NCBI GenBank assembly: GCA_013202925.1
Contig: JABMRA010000058.1
Coordinates: forward strand, 1-50,961
DNA length: 50,961 nt
Origin: Candidatus Omnitrophota bacterium
GTDB taxonomy: Bacteria > Omnitrophota > Gorgyraeia > Gorgyraeales > Gorgyraeaceae
Reading direction: 5' to 3'
Shown: positions 17,857 to 27,672 of the stretch, piece after piece
How positions within the stretch are numbered: position 1 is the first letter of the stretch
How the letters are laid out: each line of letters opens with the position of its first letter
Position numbers and translations under genes: made by a program
The notes under the pieces: generated by a model
What the model saw: only the letters and a program-made list of their open reading frames with translations
Databases searched by the model: none
Told to the model about the DNA's origin: nothing

Positions 17857-18840
17857 CTATGTACCTAGCCACTTATGAAAAGTAACGCATGTTGAAATAA
17901 CCTTAAAATCATGCTTATTGTGAAGCCTGAAAGATGCTAAGTTTCGCATACTGATTCCAGAATCTATAATATCCAAACCTTCTTTCCTATGATAATACAT
18001 GAGAGCAGTAAAAAAATCAAACCCTAAACCTTTTCCTCTTTTTTCAGGGTCTACTAAACACAACTTCCACATAGCAAATTGAGTATTAAAATACTTTCTA
18101 AGGTCATTTTTATAATAAACCATAAAAGCTGCTGGTTTGTTTTTAATATCAAGTACTAATATTTTTTGTTTGTGGTCTGTGAAAGCCGTCGAAATCCATT
18201 TTTCATAAAGAGACTCTGCTTTATCCTGAGGGATACAAGGGTCGGCATGAAACCTTTGGGTAACAAACGCACCCTTAGCAAAATGGACCATTTTAGATAA
18301 ATCCGAAGAAGAGGCTAATCTTAGCTTATAAGGCCGCTTTTTGAATTTACCAAGGCTGTCCAAATCATATTTGTTATATATCCGGCTTCCAATATAACCA
18401 AATCCGCATTGTTCTAAACTATGTATAACTGAAAGGTCCAGCGCTGATACCCTAATTGAAACAAAACGGACATTAGAAGTTTTGCACCAAAGATGTAACT
18501 GTTTTAAAATAGCACCTGCTACATTAAGTTTATTGAAATAATCCGACTCTTTTATTATTATTGAATCAATTATAGCCACTCTGTAGCCAAAATGGTCTGT
18601 ATCCCATTTTGATATCTTAAAGGTTGCCATGCCAAGAATTTCTCCGGAAAAAGAAAAAACTGCAACACATTGAGCATCATCATGGGCTAAATATGCTTTT
18701 ATAGAATCTAATATAAATTTACGGGACATCTCGATTGGCAAACTTGGATCTTCGCAATATCTACCATATCTGTACTGCTTAAGCAAATTGCTCAAGCCTT
18801 CATCTTCTATTTTTGGGTTAACCTTTATCTCTAGATCCAT
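17857..18840 (-). CDS. GNAT-type N-acetyltransferase, tandem-domain, WecD/sugar-amine acetyltransferase-like
   Basis: The KWDTDHFGYRVAIIDS motif resembles the WecD-type N-terminal region. The C-terminal half carries the acetyl-CoA loop RGKGLG. Neighbouring DegT aminotransferase. Confidence 0.55.
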   Translation of the reverse strand: MDLEIKVNPKIEDEGLSNLLKQYRYGRYCEDPSLPIEMSRKFILDSIKAYLAHDDAQCVAVFSFSGEILGMATFKISKWDTDHFGYRVAIIDSIIIKESDYFNKLNVAGAILKQLHLWCKTSNVRFVSIRVSALDLSVIHSLEQCGFGYIGSRIYNKYDLDSLGKFKKRPYKLRLASSSDLSKMVHFAKGAFVTQRFHADPCIPQDKAESLYEKWISTAFTDHKQKILVLDIKNKPAAFMVYYKNDLRKYFNTQFAMWKLCLVDPEKRGKGLGFDFFTALMYYHRKEGLDIIDSGISMRNLASFRLHNKHDFKVISTCVTFHKWLGT

Positions 18841-18905
18841 AAATATAACTGGCTACTCCTTGCCAGGCCACCTGCTGCTAATATCACAATCCTCATAACT
18901 TATAT

Positions 18906-19868
18906 CTATTTTCTGTTACGATAGTATTCTATGGTTCTTTTTAATCCTTCCTCTATAGATATCTTCGGCCGCCAATTAATGCATTTTTTTACCTTAGTTG
19001 TGTCCGGAACACGCCTTGGTATATCCTCGTAGCCTTTGCCAAATACCTTTTTATGCTCTATAAATTTGAACTTTGATTTAAACCCGCCCACCTTTTTCAT
19101 GATCTTCGCGAATTCATACATACTGTATTCTCTTGGCGTCCCTATGTTAAAAACCTGATTCTCCGCTTTTTTATAAAATGCTAATTTTATAACAGCGTCT
19201 ATCGCGTCATCAACATAGATAAACGTCCTTGTCTGTTTTCCGTCACCATGAACAGTAATATCCTCGCCATTCAGAAATTGTTTTAAAAAAATAGAGACCA
19301 CCCTGCCGTGGCCCAGGTCATCAAGCTTGGGTCCATACACATTGAAAAATCTATAGATAATAAACGGCACCCTTTCTTCCTTATGCAAGGCAAAAAGATA
19401 ATGTTCGCACGCCGCCTTTGAGGTAGAATAGCACCATCTATTTATGCTGGTAGCGCCCAGCACCCTATCGTCGTCCTCGCTCCAGGGGACATCCTTGTTT
19501 CTGCCAAATACCTCTGACGTAGACGAAAACACTATCTTCATCTTGTTTTCGGCCGCTATCTTAAAGATATTTATAGCTGCCAGTAAATCCACCTCCATGA
19601 CATTGAGGGGGTTGGTGACATACTTAAGGGGGTCTGCGATCGCAGCCAGATGAAAAATCATATCCATATCTTTCATCTGGTGCTTCATTAAAGAGAGGTC
19701 ACATACTGAATCCTGGATAAATGTGAACTTCTTATCAGACACAAGGTGTTCGATTTTCTTGCCGTCTGCCATGTCAATAGCAGTCACCCTATGCCCCTTC
19801 TTAAGCAGTTCTTCGCATATATAGGAACCCAAAAAACCCGCACCGCCAGTAACCAATATCTTCTTCAT
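18906..19868 (-). CDS. NAD-dependent sugar epimerase/dehydratase (extended SDR)
   Basis: ILVTGGAGFLGSYI Rossmann motif and the YSTSK catalytic motif, 320 aa. Confidence 0.85.
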   Translation of the reverse strand: MKKILVTGGAGFLGSYICEELLKKGHRVTAIDMADGKKIEHLVSDKKFTFIQDSVCDLSLMKHQMKDMDMIFHLAAIADPLKYVTNPLNVMEVDLLAAINIFKIAAENKMKIVFSSTSEVFGRNKDVPWSEDDDRVLGATSINRWCYSTSKAACEHYLFALHKEERVPFIIYRFFNVYGPKLDDLGHGRVVSIFLKQFLNGEDITVHGDGKQTRTFIYVDDAIDAVIKLAFYKKAENQVFNIGTPREYSMYEFAKIMKKVGGFKSKFKFIEHKKVFGKGYEDIPRRVPDTTKVKKCINWRPKISIEEGLKRTIEYYRNRK

Positions 19869-20089
19869 CTCGCCATTCTCCTAATCTACCTGCTATATAT
19901 ACTAAATTTACCTTATAGACTAAGTATAGATTTTATCACAAAAACTGCCCTAAAAGCAATAGATTTAAGATAGTTAAAAGGGGTGGGTCAGGTACGGGGA
20001 CCTTTACATGTTTTGGGCTTTTTTGTGCGGAAAAAGAGATGGTTTATTGTATTACCTGCAAACGTATCCGGGGCATGGTTGAATATTAT

Positions 20090-21571
20090 TCATAGAACCC
20101 TCTCGACAAATGACTTTATCCCAAAGATGGCCCTATGCAAAAACCCCTCTATAAATAAAAAGAAGAACTGATTCCTGAAACGAAATCTCGCTATTGGATG
20201 ATAAAGAAGGAATATTATTCTCATGTATAGTTTTGTGAATTTATAGCTGACATTCTGATTTGCAAAATATGAAACAAAACTCAGGGCCTGCACCCTTTTT
20301 ATCTCTTTTTTATTCAGCCAGTTGGGATACTTCTCAAGCCATCCGTCAAGTTGGAGGTATCTCCATTCCTCCAGGCCTTTAGGTTCTTTAAATCCGTACT
20401 CAAGGGCCAGTTTATAAAATTCAGTCCCCACGATAGGCGCGAAAACAAAGAATAAGGTATAGGCATTTTTATTTTCTCTGCAGAGATTGATAGCAAAATT
20501 TACGCTCTCTCCGACCTCTCTCTCTGTCTCTGTCGGGAATCCTGCCATAAAGGTGTACTTTGCTATAATCGGGTAATGGGCCAGTTTTTTGTTGGCTGAG
20601 GCAATGGTATCCAGGCTTTCATCTTTTCCTATAAACTTATTTACCCTCTGGCTTCCGGATTCAACGCCTATATCCAGATCATGGCAACCGCTCTCCAAAA
20701 GAATCTTCATATCGTCGTCGGTTAATTTATCTATTGCGTCCGCCCTGATACCCAAAGTCCCCCACCTGATCTTTTTATCCATAGAGGCCAGCCGGCCAAT
20801 AAGCTCTCTGAACCTGGACAAGCTCCCGGCCAGATTGTCGTCCTGAAAATATATATTGGACATACCATATCTTTCCTGCAGGAGCTTCACGTTCTCCATG
20901 ACCCTTTTTACCGAGAATGGCCTCCAGGTAGGGCTGACCACAGGTGAAGCGCAGAATTTACACCTATAAGGACATCCTCTGCTGGTAAATACAGTAGCTG
21001 AACGGCCTTTGCCTATCTCAAAGACGCTATATCTATCCATTGAAAGTATTTCATAGGGCAACATCGGCAAAGAATCCAGATCTTTTATCATATCTCTTTT
21101 GCCAGTGTAGATTACGCTTCCCTCTTTCTTAAAATATATACCTTTAACATCATAAAGATCCTTTTTTTCATACAAGGCTTCTGCAATCTCATAAAGGGCG
21201 ATATCGCCTTCGCCCTCGCATACCACATCAACTAATGGATGTTCAACGGATTGCCTCGGCAAGATGGTCGCATGGATTCCGCCAAGGACAGTTGGAACAG
21301 AAGAAACTCTCTTTACAGCCCTTAGGACGTCAAGCATATAGCCTATCTGTTCCCCTGTCATAGATGTAATACCCACTAAAACAGGCTTCTTGGAGAGAAG
21401 TTTGACCAGGGTCGTCTTCCATCTCCTGTCCAGGCGCTGATCTAAAAGATCTACTTCGTATCCCTTTTGGCGCGGCACAGCTGCCACAGCAAGCAAAGAT
21501 TCAGGGAAACGCATAGACATAACATCCCAGGAACCTGTTCTGGGCTGGATCAACAATATCCTCTTGCTCAT
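20090..21571 (-). CDS. B12-binding-domain radical SAM enzyme
   Basis: N-terminal cobalamin-binding-like domain, then the SRGCPYRCKFC (CxxxCxxC) radical SAM cluster motif, 493 aa. Confidence 0.85.
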   Translation of the reverse strand: MSKRILLIQPRTGSWDVMSMRFPESLLAVAAVPRQKGYEVDLLDQRLDRRWKTTLVKLLSKKPVLVGITSMTGEQIGYMLDVLRAVKRVSSVPTVLGGIHATILPRQSVEHPLVDVVCEGEGDIALYEIAEALYEKKDLYDVKGIYFKKEGSVIYTGKRDMIKDLDSLPMLPYEILSMDRYSVFEIGKGRSATVFTSRGCPYRCKFCASPVVSPTWRPFSVKRVMENVKLLQERYGMSNIYFQDDNLAGSLSRFRELIGRLASMDKKIRWGTLGIRADAIDKLTDDDMKILLESGCHDLDIGVESGSQRVNKFIGKDESLDTIASANKKLAHYPIIAKYTFMAGFPTETEREVGESVNFAINLCRENKNAYTLFFVFAPIVGTEFYKLALEYGFKEPKGLEEWRYLQLDGWLEKYPNWLNKKEIKRVQALSFVSYFANQNVSYKFTKLYMRIIFLLYHPIARFRFRNQFFFLFIEGFLHRAIFGIKSFVERVL

Positions 21572-22317
21572 AGCTCTTTCCCGGGTATAGATTCAGATGC
21601 GATCAAAAGAAATGGCAAAAACTTATTCAAAATAGGTACCCTCTCTAGCATCCTCTCAAATTTAAGCACGGATGGAAAACGATTTATTATCTGCGGCGGG
21701 AAAAAACCAAAATTTTTAAAACGCGGTGCCGCGTAGCAAGCCGACTCTAAACTCTTTTTCAGAAAACGTCGTGATAATTTCAGCAGGCCTTTCTCAAGAT
21801 GGAAATCCATATCTTTTTGAAAAAAAGTCTGAAGGATAAAAAGTACATTCAATCTGTTGGGCTCTAAAAAACATATCTTTTTCTTGTCTTTAAATAATTT
21901 ACGAAACTTTGAGAAGTATAGTTTTATGTTATCTGTGTCCAAATGGTGCAATATAAAAAAACCTACTATAACATCATACCTTCCCTCCACTCGAGCAGCG
22001 ATATCTTCTATAGACATACAATACGTCTTTAGCCTATCTTCTGCGAGGCCGGCCTTTTTTGCGTCCTTGCGTAATCTCCAAAGCTGCGCTTCTGAAATAT
22101 CCACGCATGTTACATTAAACCCTTCCCTAAGCAGATGGATCGTAAACCTCCCTGCGCCAGCGCCTATCTCAAGGATCTCATCATCCTTACTGATATCAGT
22201 AAAATCGCGCAAATACTTACACAGGTTTTTAGCATACGCATCCTCTGCTCGATAACGTAAATAGCTGTGCTCCTTATCTGTGGAATAATATTTTTCCTGT
22301 AACTCTTTCTGCTCCAT
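21568..22317 (-). CDS. Class I SAM-dependent methyltransferase
   Basis: Motif I ILEIGAGAGRFTIHL; 4-nt overlap with the radical SAM gene. Confidence 0.8.
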   Translation of the reverse strand: MEQKELQEKYYSTDKEHSYLRYRAEDAYAKNLCKYLRDFTDISKDDEILEIGAGAGRFTIHLLREGFNVTCVDISEAQLWRLRKDAKKAGLAEDRLKTYCMSIEDIAARVEGRYDVIVGFFILHHLDTDNIKLYFSKFRKLFKDKKKICFLEPNRLNVLFILQTFFQKDMDFHLEKGLLKLSRRFLKKSLESACYAAPRFKNFGFFPPQIINRFPSVLKFERMLERVPILNKFLPFLLIASESIPGKEL

Positions 22318-22344
22318 AAGATTAGGTCCTCAAAAAAATTTCTA

Positions 22345-22373
22345 TTGACAGATATACTATTTTAATTTACCCT
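22345..22373 (+). promoter_or_regulatory. Possible promoter TTGACA-17 nt-TACCCT, ending 7 nt before the ATG at 22381
   Basis: -35 at 22345-22350 and a weak -10 at 22368-22373. No SD upstream of the ATG. The AT-rich region offers alternative -10 boxes. Confidence 0.3.
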
Positions 22374-22380
22374 AAATGAT

Positions 22381-23103
22381 ATGTCAATAAGTATAGTCAT
22401 TCCGGTATATAACGAAGAAAAAAGAATAATACCTACCTTAAAAAGTATCATAAACTACTTTTCCCAAAAAGAGATTTCATATGAAGTCGTTATAGTAGAC
22501 GACGGCTCTACCGATAATACGGTCAAGGTGATAGAAGAAATGAAAGATAGATACCCTGAAATCTCTATATTTAAGATGGGCCATAATTCTGGAAAAGGAG
22601 GAGCTGTCAGAAAGGGCATGCTAAAAGCTAAGGGAGACTATATTTTATTTATGGATGCCGACAGTTCAACTGCAATAGAAGAATTTGAAAAATTCCTGCC
22701 TAGTTTAAAACAGCATAAAGACGTTATAATAGGCACAAGAAAAGCCAAAGGAGCTAATATAATCGAATATCAGCCCTTTTTCCGGGAATTCATGGGAAAG
22801 GGTTTCACGTGGCTGTCAAAGGTCGTGACCGGAGCGAAGGTCTCTGATTTCACTTGTGGCTTTAAATGCTTCTCCAGAAAAGCGGCAAAGGCCGTATTTT
22901 CAAAGGCCATAATAGATGATTGGTCATTTGACGCGGAGATACTATTCCTTGCGGAGAAATTTGGTTATAAAATCACAGAGATCCCCGTAAGGTGGAAAAA
23001 CGACAGGGCGTCAAAGGTAAACATGCTGCGTGACACGATAAATTCGCTAAAAGGCCTGTTGCGCCTTCAGATATATAATATCAAAGGGGTGTATGAAAAA
23101 TAG
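22381..23103 (+). CDS. Polyprenyl-phosphate glycosyltransferase (GT2; ArnC/GtrB/DPG-synthase-like)
   Basis: SIVIPVYNEEKRI, VDDGSTDNT and FMDADSS motifs, 240 aa, immediately followed by a GT-C membrane protein. Confidence 0.8.
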   Translation: MSISIVIPVYNEEKRIIPTLKSIINYFSQKEISYEVVIVDDGSTDNTVKVIEEMKDRYPEISIFKMGHNSGKGGAVRKGMLKAKGDYILFMDADSSTAIEEFEKFLPSLKQHKDVIIGTRKAKGANIIEYQPFFREFMGKGFTWLSKVVTGAKVSDFTCGFKCFSRKAAKAVFSKAIIDDWSFDAEILFLAEKFGYKITEIPVRWKNDRASKVNMLRDTINSLKGLLRLQIYNIKGVYEK

Positions 23104-24700
23104 ACGCATCACATATATCCTTTTAGGATTACTATTAGTATTGGGTCTTTTCCTGACCTTTAAAAACCTATCCAATAATTATCTCTGGCAGGATGAAGGA
23201 GAAAGCGCTGTTTACGGAAGAAATATCATCAAATACGGATACCCGCGCGCCTTCGACGGCACAAATCTACTAAAGGCCTATCTTTCTACCTTCGGAGAAA
23301 ATTATGAGTCCAAATTCCATCCATGGCTGCATTTTTACCTTATTTCCCTATCCCATATTGCTCTCGGCATAAACACCTTTAGCTCGAGGCTGCCGTTCGC
23401 GATCTGCGGGTTTCTTTCGATCATCATCATATTCTTTCTGGCAAAAAGATTCTTTAAAAAGGACAGCATCGCTCTGCTTTCGGTATTATTCATCTCGACC
23501 TCCATACCGTTTATACTACATGTGAGGCAGTGCAGGTACTATGGGCTGCAGGTATTTCTTGTGCTCGCAATTATGTGGATATATCTAAATATACTTGAAA
23601 AAAGGAAGGGGCATCTGTGGACCCTTGGCTTCCTGCTGTGCGCGTTATACTACACAAATCACGGCGCGTTCATGCCTGTATTCGGGACTATATGCATCCA
23701 TTTCTTCTGGTTCAATAAAGAAAAGGCGTTAAGGAAAAAATTTATCTTTATGTGTATTGCTGTAGTATTGGTGGCGCTTCCATGGGCTATCTACTCTTCT
23801 ATCTCGCCGCAATATCTCGCCGTCCTAAAACCCATGGTGCTGAAGAAGAATCTTGGATTTCAGATAAGGGTGCTCAATAAATACATCTTCCCTCTATTCT
23901 TTTTTGCAGCATTATATGTATTCCGTTCTATAAAAAACAAGGACTGGAGGATCTCCGTCCATAAAGATGATAAGGCAGGGCTTAAATTAATATTGCTCTT
24001 TATAGCGATCAACCTTTGCTTCTACACGATAGCGGAACAGCGTACGATACGCTATTACGTGCACATATTCCCTTTCCTGTATATACTCCAGGCATGGATA
24101 TTTGTAAGGTTTTTTTCAAAAAAGAAAATATTGGCGGGCGCCCTGGCTGCGGTATTTATCTTTACAAATATAGCGCATAACTCCCTGCCATATCTTCTGG
24201 AGGCAGGCATGCCGTCCAAGAGCCCTGAAGAAAGAAAAGAATTGATAAAGGAAGTCGATTTCTACCTCCTGGAATATATCTATGAGATCACCCATGACTA
24301 CGACGGGCCCATCGAAGGGACTGTTGAATTCCTCAGGCAACATGCAAAACCAGGCGATAGGGTAAAGATAGCTTATGGCGACGCCTCTCTGATCTTCTAT
24401 CTTCCGCACTTAAAAATAGACAATGACCATTTCTTTAACAAAAAGGACTTTCCTGAATGGATCGTGTGGAGGGATTACTGGATCAATGAATATAAATCAT
24501 ATCATAAGGACTACGCCCATCAGATATTAAGCGGGTATGATGAAGAATACGTCCGGGAAATAAAAAAGAGGTACATCGCTCACGAGATCCCATATCCTGA
24601 TATAATATGGGAGAACAGGCCCGATGACTTAGAGTATCATAAATTCAGGACTGTCAGGGGAGTCAGGAACGTTATAATCTATGAAAGGAGGGATTTGTAA
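23093..24700 (+). CDS. GT-C fold membrane glycosyltransferase (ArnT/PMT_2-like)
   Basis: First-loop motif NYLWQDEGESAVYGRNI, more than 10 TM segments, C-terminal soluble domain; paired with a polyprenyl-P GT2. Confidence 0.6.
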   Translation: MKNRRITYILLGLLLVLGLFLTFKNLSNNYLWQDEGESAVYGRNIIKYGYPRAFDGTNLLKAYLSTFGENYESKFHPWLHFYLISLSHIALGINTFSSRLPFAICGFLSIIIIFFLAKRFFKKDSIALLSVLFISTSIPFILHVRQCRYYGLQVFLVLAIMWIYLNILEKRKGHLWTLGFLLCALYYTNHGAFMPVFGTICIHFFWFNKEKALRKKFIFMCIAVVLVALPWAIYSSISPQYLAVLKPMVLKKNLGFQIRVLNKYIFPLFFFAALYVFRSIKNKDWRISVHKDDKAGLKLILLFIAINLCFYTIAEQRTIRYYVHIFPFLYILQAWIFVRFFSKKKILAGALAAVFIFTNIAHNSLPYLLEAGMPSKSPEERKELIKEVDFYLLEYIYEITHDYDGPIEGTVEFLRQHAKPGDRVKIAYGDASLIFYLPHLKIDNDHFFNKKDFPEWIVWRDYWINEYKSYHKDYAHQILSGYDEEYVREIKKRYIAHEIPYPDIIWENRPDDLEYHKFRTVRGVRNVIIYERRDL

Positions 24701-24701
24701 T

Positions 24702-25685
24702 CTAGATCTTTTGTACGCGGTAACCCAATACCTTAAAAAACCCTGCCAAAAATCCTGAATCAGTCATTACCTCGCTAAATCTCTTCTTACGTTTAATGAC
24801 GCGCCATAATACCTTTATCGCAAAACCAAACTTTCCGATCTCAAATATGCTGAGGGAAGTGTGTTCCGGCATGTCTATTTTCCGGGAAGACTTTCTAAAA
24901 ATAACCCATACCCAATCGCCTTTTTTTAAAAATTCCCTGACGCCTCTTTTAATAACGTCGAGATTACCCCCTCTATCCTCTCCTATAACATAGACGATCC
25001 TCTCTGGCGCGCCCCACCTCTTATTGAAAATCTCCCGGTTCCTCTTAAAACCTTTATTCCAATCCTTTCTTTTCTTAAAAGAGGTGTTTTCTTCATGATG
25101 GACATATGCGCCTCGCGCCATCACGCATTTATAACCTGCCCTGATAGCCCGTTTAGAAAAGTCCGCGTCCTCGAAATTTCCCGGGCTGTATATTTCATCA
25201 AAATTACCTATTTTTTCAATAAGCGTCCTTTTGATCAACATGCAAAAACCAGTACACATCGCCATCTCGATCCATTTTCCGGAAAAACCCGGCTCAGGGC
25301 CTTTTTGTCCCAGATTATTGCTCGCGGGATTGACGATCCCTATGGAGCTGTCTCCTTCGGCTATCAGGATCATCTCCCTCAGCCAGCCTCTGTAAACCGC
25401 TGTATCATTATTCAAGATGCACGCATACGGCGCATCCAGAGAAGCCATGCCCTGATTCACCGCGGCCGGAAAGCCCAGATTCCTCTCATTACGTATAAGG
25501 GTTATCCATCCTTTTTCAGATAACCCCTTCAGGCATTGGGCTGTTTCAACACTGCTGGCATTATCTATTATAACGATTTTATAGGGCAAGGAAGTGTTTT
25601 GCCTTATGCTGTCGACACACTTTTTGGTAAGCCCCGGTTCATCCCAAACCGGGATAATGATGTCACACCTTATATCCGATCTCAT
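24702..25685 (-). CDS. Family 2 glycosyltransferase
   Basis: DIIIPVWDEPGLTKKCVDSI, IDNASS and NNDT motifs, 327 aa. Confidence 0.8.
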   Translation of the reverse strand: MRSDIRCDIIIPVWDEPGLTKKCVDSIRQNTSLPYKIVIIDNASSVETAQCLKGLSEKGWITLIRNERNLGFPAAVNQGMASLDAPYACILNNDTAVYRGWLREMILIAEGDSSIGIVNPASNNLGQKGPEPGFSGKWIEMAMCTGFCMLIKRTLIEKIGNFDEIYSPGNFEDADFSKRAIRAGYKCVMARGAYVHHEENTSFKKRKDWNKGFKRNREIFNKRWGAPERIVYVIGEDRGGNLDVIKRGVREFLKKGDWVWVIFRKSSRKIDMPEHTSLSIFEIGKFGFAIKVLWRVIKRKKRFSEVMTDSGFLAGFFKVLGYRVQKI

Positions 25686-26565
25686 GAAATTCGTCCTTTA
25701 GCAACCCAATGCCTTTATCAACACCGATAAGCAGTCCCCCTAAAAATTTTCCTGCCTTATCTGTATTAAGGCCGGCCTTTAAAGGCCGCCTCGCGGTTAA
25801 ATGCAGATCTTTCAATGAGACCTTTTTGATCAATGTCTTTTTTAATCCAAAGATCTCTGAGATCTTGGAGACATAGCTATATCTATCTGTAAAATCTTTT
25901 CCCGCAATATGAAATATACCTGTGTGCTTTTTTTCAATTAATTTTATGATCGATCCTGAAAGCGCGCCTGCATAGGTAGGCGTTGAGTAAAAATCATACG
26001 CCGCGGAGACCTCTTTATTGTTTCGCATGTTCTGTATTATCTTAACAGCGTAATTTTTGCCGCGGTGATTGACGCCGTAAAGCTGGGCAGTCCTGATTAT
26101 CAAATAGTCGTGAGAAATACCCCTGACGGCTGTTTCTGCTTCCAGCTTGGTCCTGCCGTATATATTTACAGGCTCAGGCATGTCTTCTTCTTTGTAAGGC
26201 CCGTTCCGGCCGTCAAATATATAATCCGTGGATAAAAATACCAGCCTAGCGCCGCATGCCCTTGTTTTTTTTATTACATCCAGCGTGCCTTTTATGTTTA
26301 CCTCTTCGGCAAGGCCGGGCCTTTTTTCGCACAGATCCACGTCCGTGATGCCCCCTGCAAGGATCACGACCTCTGGATTGAAAAAATTAAAGACCTTTTC
26401 GATGCTTTTTCTTTGCCTTAAATCCAGGCGGAAAAGCCCCTCATGCTCATGGGAACAATACGTGCCCAGGATATCCCACTTCTTTTTTATCACATCATTA
26501 TACAGCCTGCTTCCCAACACCCCGGAAGCGCCGACCAGCAGCAATTTCATAATACTCCATCCCAA
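25663..26565 (-). CDS. dTDP-4-dehydrorhamnose reductase-like SDR (RmlD substrate-binding family)
   Basis: LLLVGASGVLGSRL, STDYIFDG and YGRTK motifs. The start may be the ATG at 26550 (MKLLLVG). Confidence 0.75.
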   Translation of the reverse strand: MGWSIMKLLLVGASGVLGSRLYNDVIKKKWDILGTYCSHEHEGLFRLDLRQRKSIEKVFNFFNPEVVILAGGITDVDLCEKRPGLAEEVNIKGTLDVIKKTRACGARLVFLSTDYIFDGRNGPYKEEDMPEPVNIYGRTKLEAETAVRGISHDYLIIRTAQLYGVNHRGKNYAVKIIQNMRNNKEVSAAYDFYSTPTYAGALSGSIIKLIEKKHTGIFHIAGKDFTDRYSYVSKISEIFGLKKTLIKKVSLKDLHLTARRPLKAGLNTDKAGKFLGGLLIGVDKGIGLLKDEFHEIGYKV

Positions 26566-26568
26566 AAG

Positions 26569-27672
26569 TTACAGTATGCCAGCAAGTGTCTCTACTACAT
26601 ACCCGATCTCTTCTTCGCTCAGTTCAGGATACATCGGCAGACTCAGGATCTCCCCGCAGCATCTCTCCGAAACAGGGAAATCGCCTTTTTTGTGGCCAAG
26701 GTCCTTGTATGCCTCCTGTAGATGTATTGGTATCGGGTAATGTACCAATGTGCGCACGCCATTGTCCTGCAGCTTCTCCATTACCTTGCCTCTATTTTTC
26801 ACCCTTACCGCATAAAGATGATAGACGTGCCTTGCGTATTCTGCCTCGTACGGCGTAATTATATCCAGCTGTTTCTCTTTGAATAATTTTGTGTAAAGCG
26901 CGGCGTTTAGCCTCCTTTTTTCATCCCATTCATCCAGATGCCTGAGTTTGATCCTTAGTATTGCAGCCTGCAGCGTATCAAGTCGTGAGTTGTATCCCTT
27001 CATGATATGCTCGTACCTGCCTTTTCTTCCGTAATCGCGCAGGAAGACGAGTTTTTCTTTTATCTTTTCTGAGCTTGTCATGACCATGCCGCCGTCACCA
27101 AAGGCGCCCAGATTCTTGGTCGGGTAAAATGAAAAGCAACTCGCGTCTCCAAAGCTGCCTACCTTTTTATTTTTATACAACGCCCCGTGCGCCTGGGCGC
27201 AGTCCTCGATGACCTTTAGGCCGCGCTTTTTGGCAATCTCCATCAACGGGTCCATGTCCACGGGATGCCCGTAAAGATGCACAGGCAGGATCGCCTTTGT
27301 CTTAGCAGTGATCGCCTTTTCTATCTTCGAGATATCAATGTTGTAGGTCTTTTCATCTATGTCCACGAATACAGGCCTGGCGCCTGTCATGGATATAGCA
27401 AGCGTAGTGGCTATATAGGTATAAGGCATGACTATTACCTCATCCCCTTTTCCGATGCCGCAGGCAAGGCACGCCAGGAACAATGCGTCTGTACCGGAAT
27501 TTACACCTACGCCGTATTTGACGCCGCAATATTCGGCGAATTCCTGCTCGAAAAGCTTTACATCCTCTCCGAGGATAAAACCGCCTGACTGCATGACCTT
27601 TTCAATCGGGCCTTTTATTTCTCCCTTTATTGCCTCATATTGCCTCTTAAGTGTAAAAACATCTACCTTCAT
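26569..27672 (-). CDS. DegT/DnrJ/EryC1/StrS family sugar aminotransferase
   Basis: [23 protein letters not shown], the [13 protein letters not shown]-lysine region, 367 aa. Confidence 0.88.
   Translation of the reverse strand: MKVDVFTLKRQYEAIKGEIKGPIEKVMQSGGFILGEDVKLFEQEFAEYCGVKYGVGVNSGTDALFLACLACGIGKGDEVIVMPYTYIATTLAISMTGARPVFVDIDEKTYNIDISKIEKAITAKTKAILPVHLYGHPVDMDPLMEIAKKRGLKVIEDCAQAHGALYKNKKVGSFGDASCFSFYPTKNLGAFGDGGMVMTSSEKIKEKLVFLRDYGRKGRYEHIMKGYNSRLDTLQAAILRIKLRHLDEWDEKRRLNAALYTKLFKEKQLDIITPYEAEYARHVYHLYAVRVKNRGKVMEKLQDNGVRTLVHYPIPIHLQEAYKDLGHKKGDFPVSERCCGEILSLPMYPELSEEEIGYVVETLAGIL

Noticed and set aside
19869-20089. 220-bp spacer between the radical SAM and SDR genes, examined for tRNA, small RNA or a terminator; also the 62-aa ORF 19983-20171
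   Set aside because: No cloverleaf-compatible sequence, no strong hairpin plus T-run and no repeat were found. The ORF overlaps the radical SAM 3' end and lacks an SD. It is left unannotated.
24698-24704. Convergent genes whose stop codons are separated by 1 nt, with no room for a terminator
   Set aside because: This is real but not interpretable on its own. It is noted only as the right-hand boundary of the AT-rich patch.
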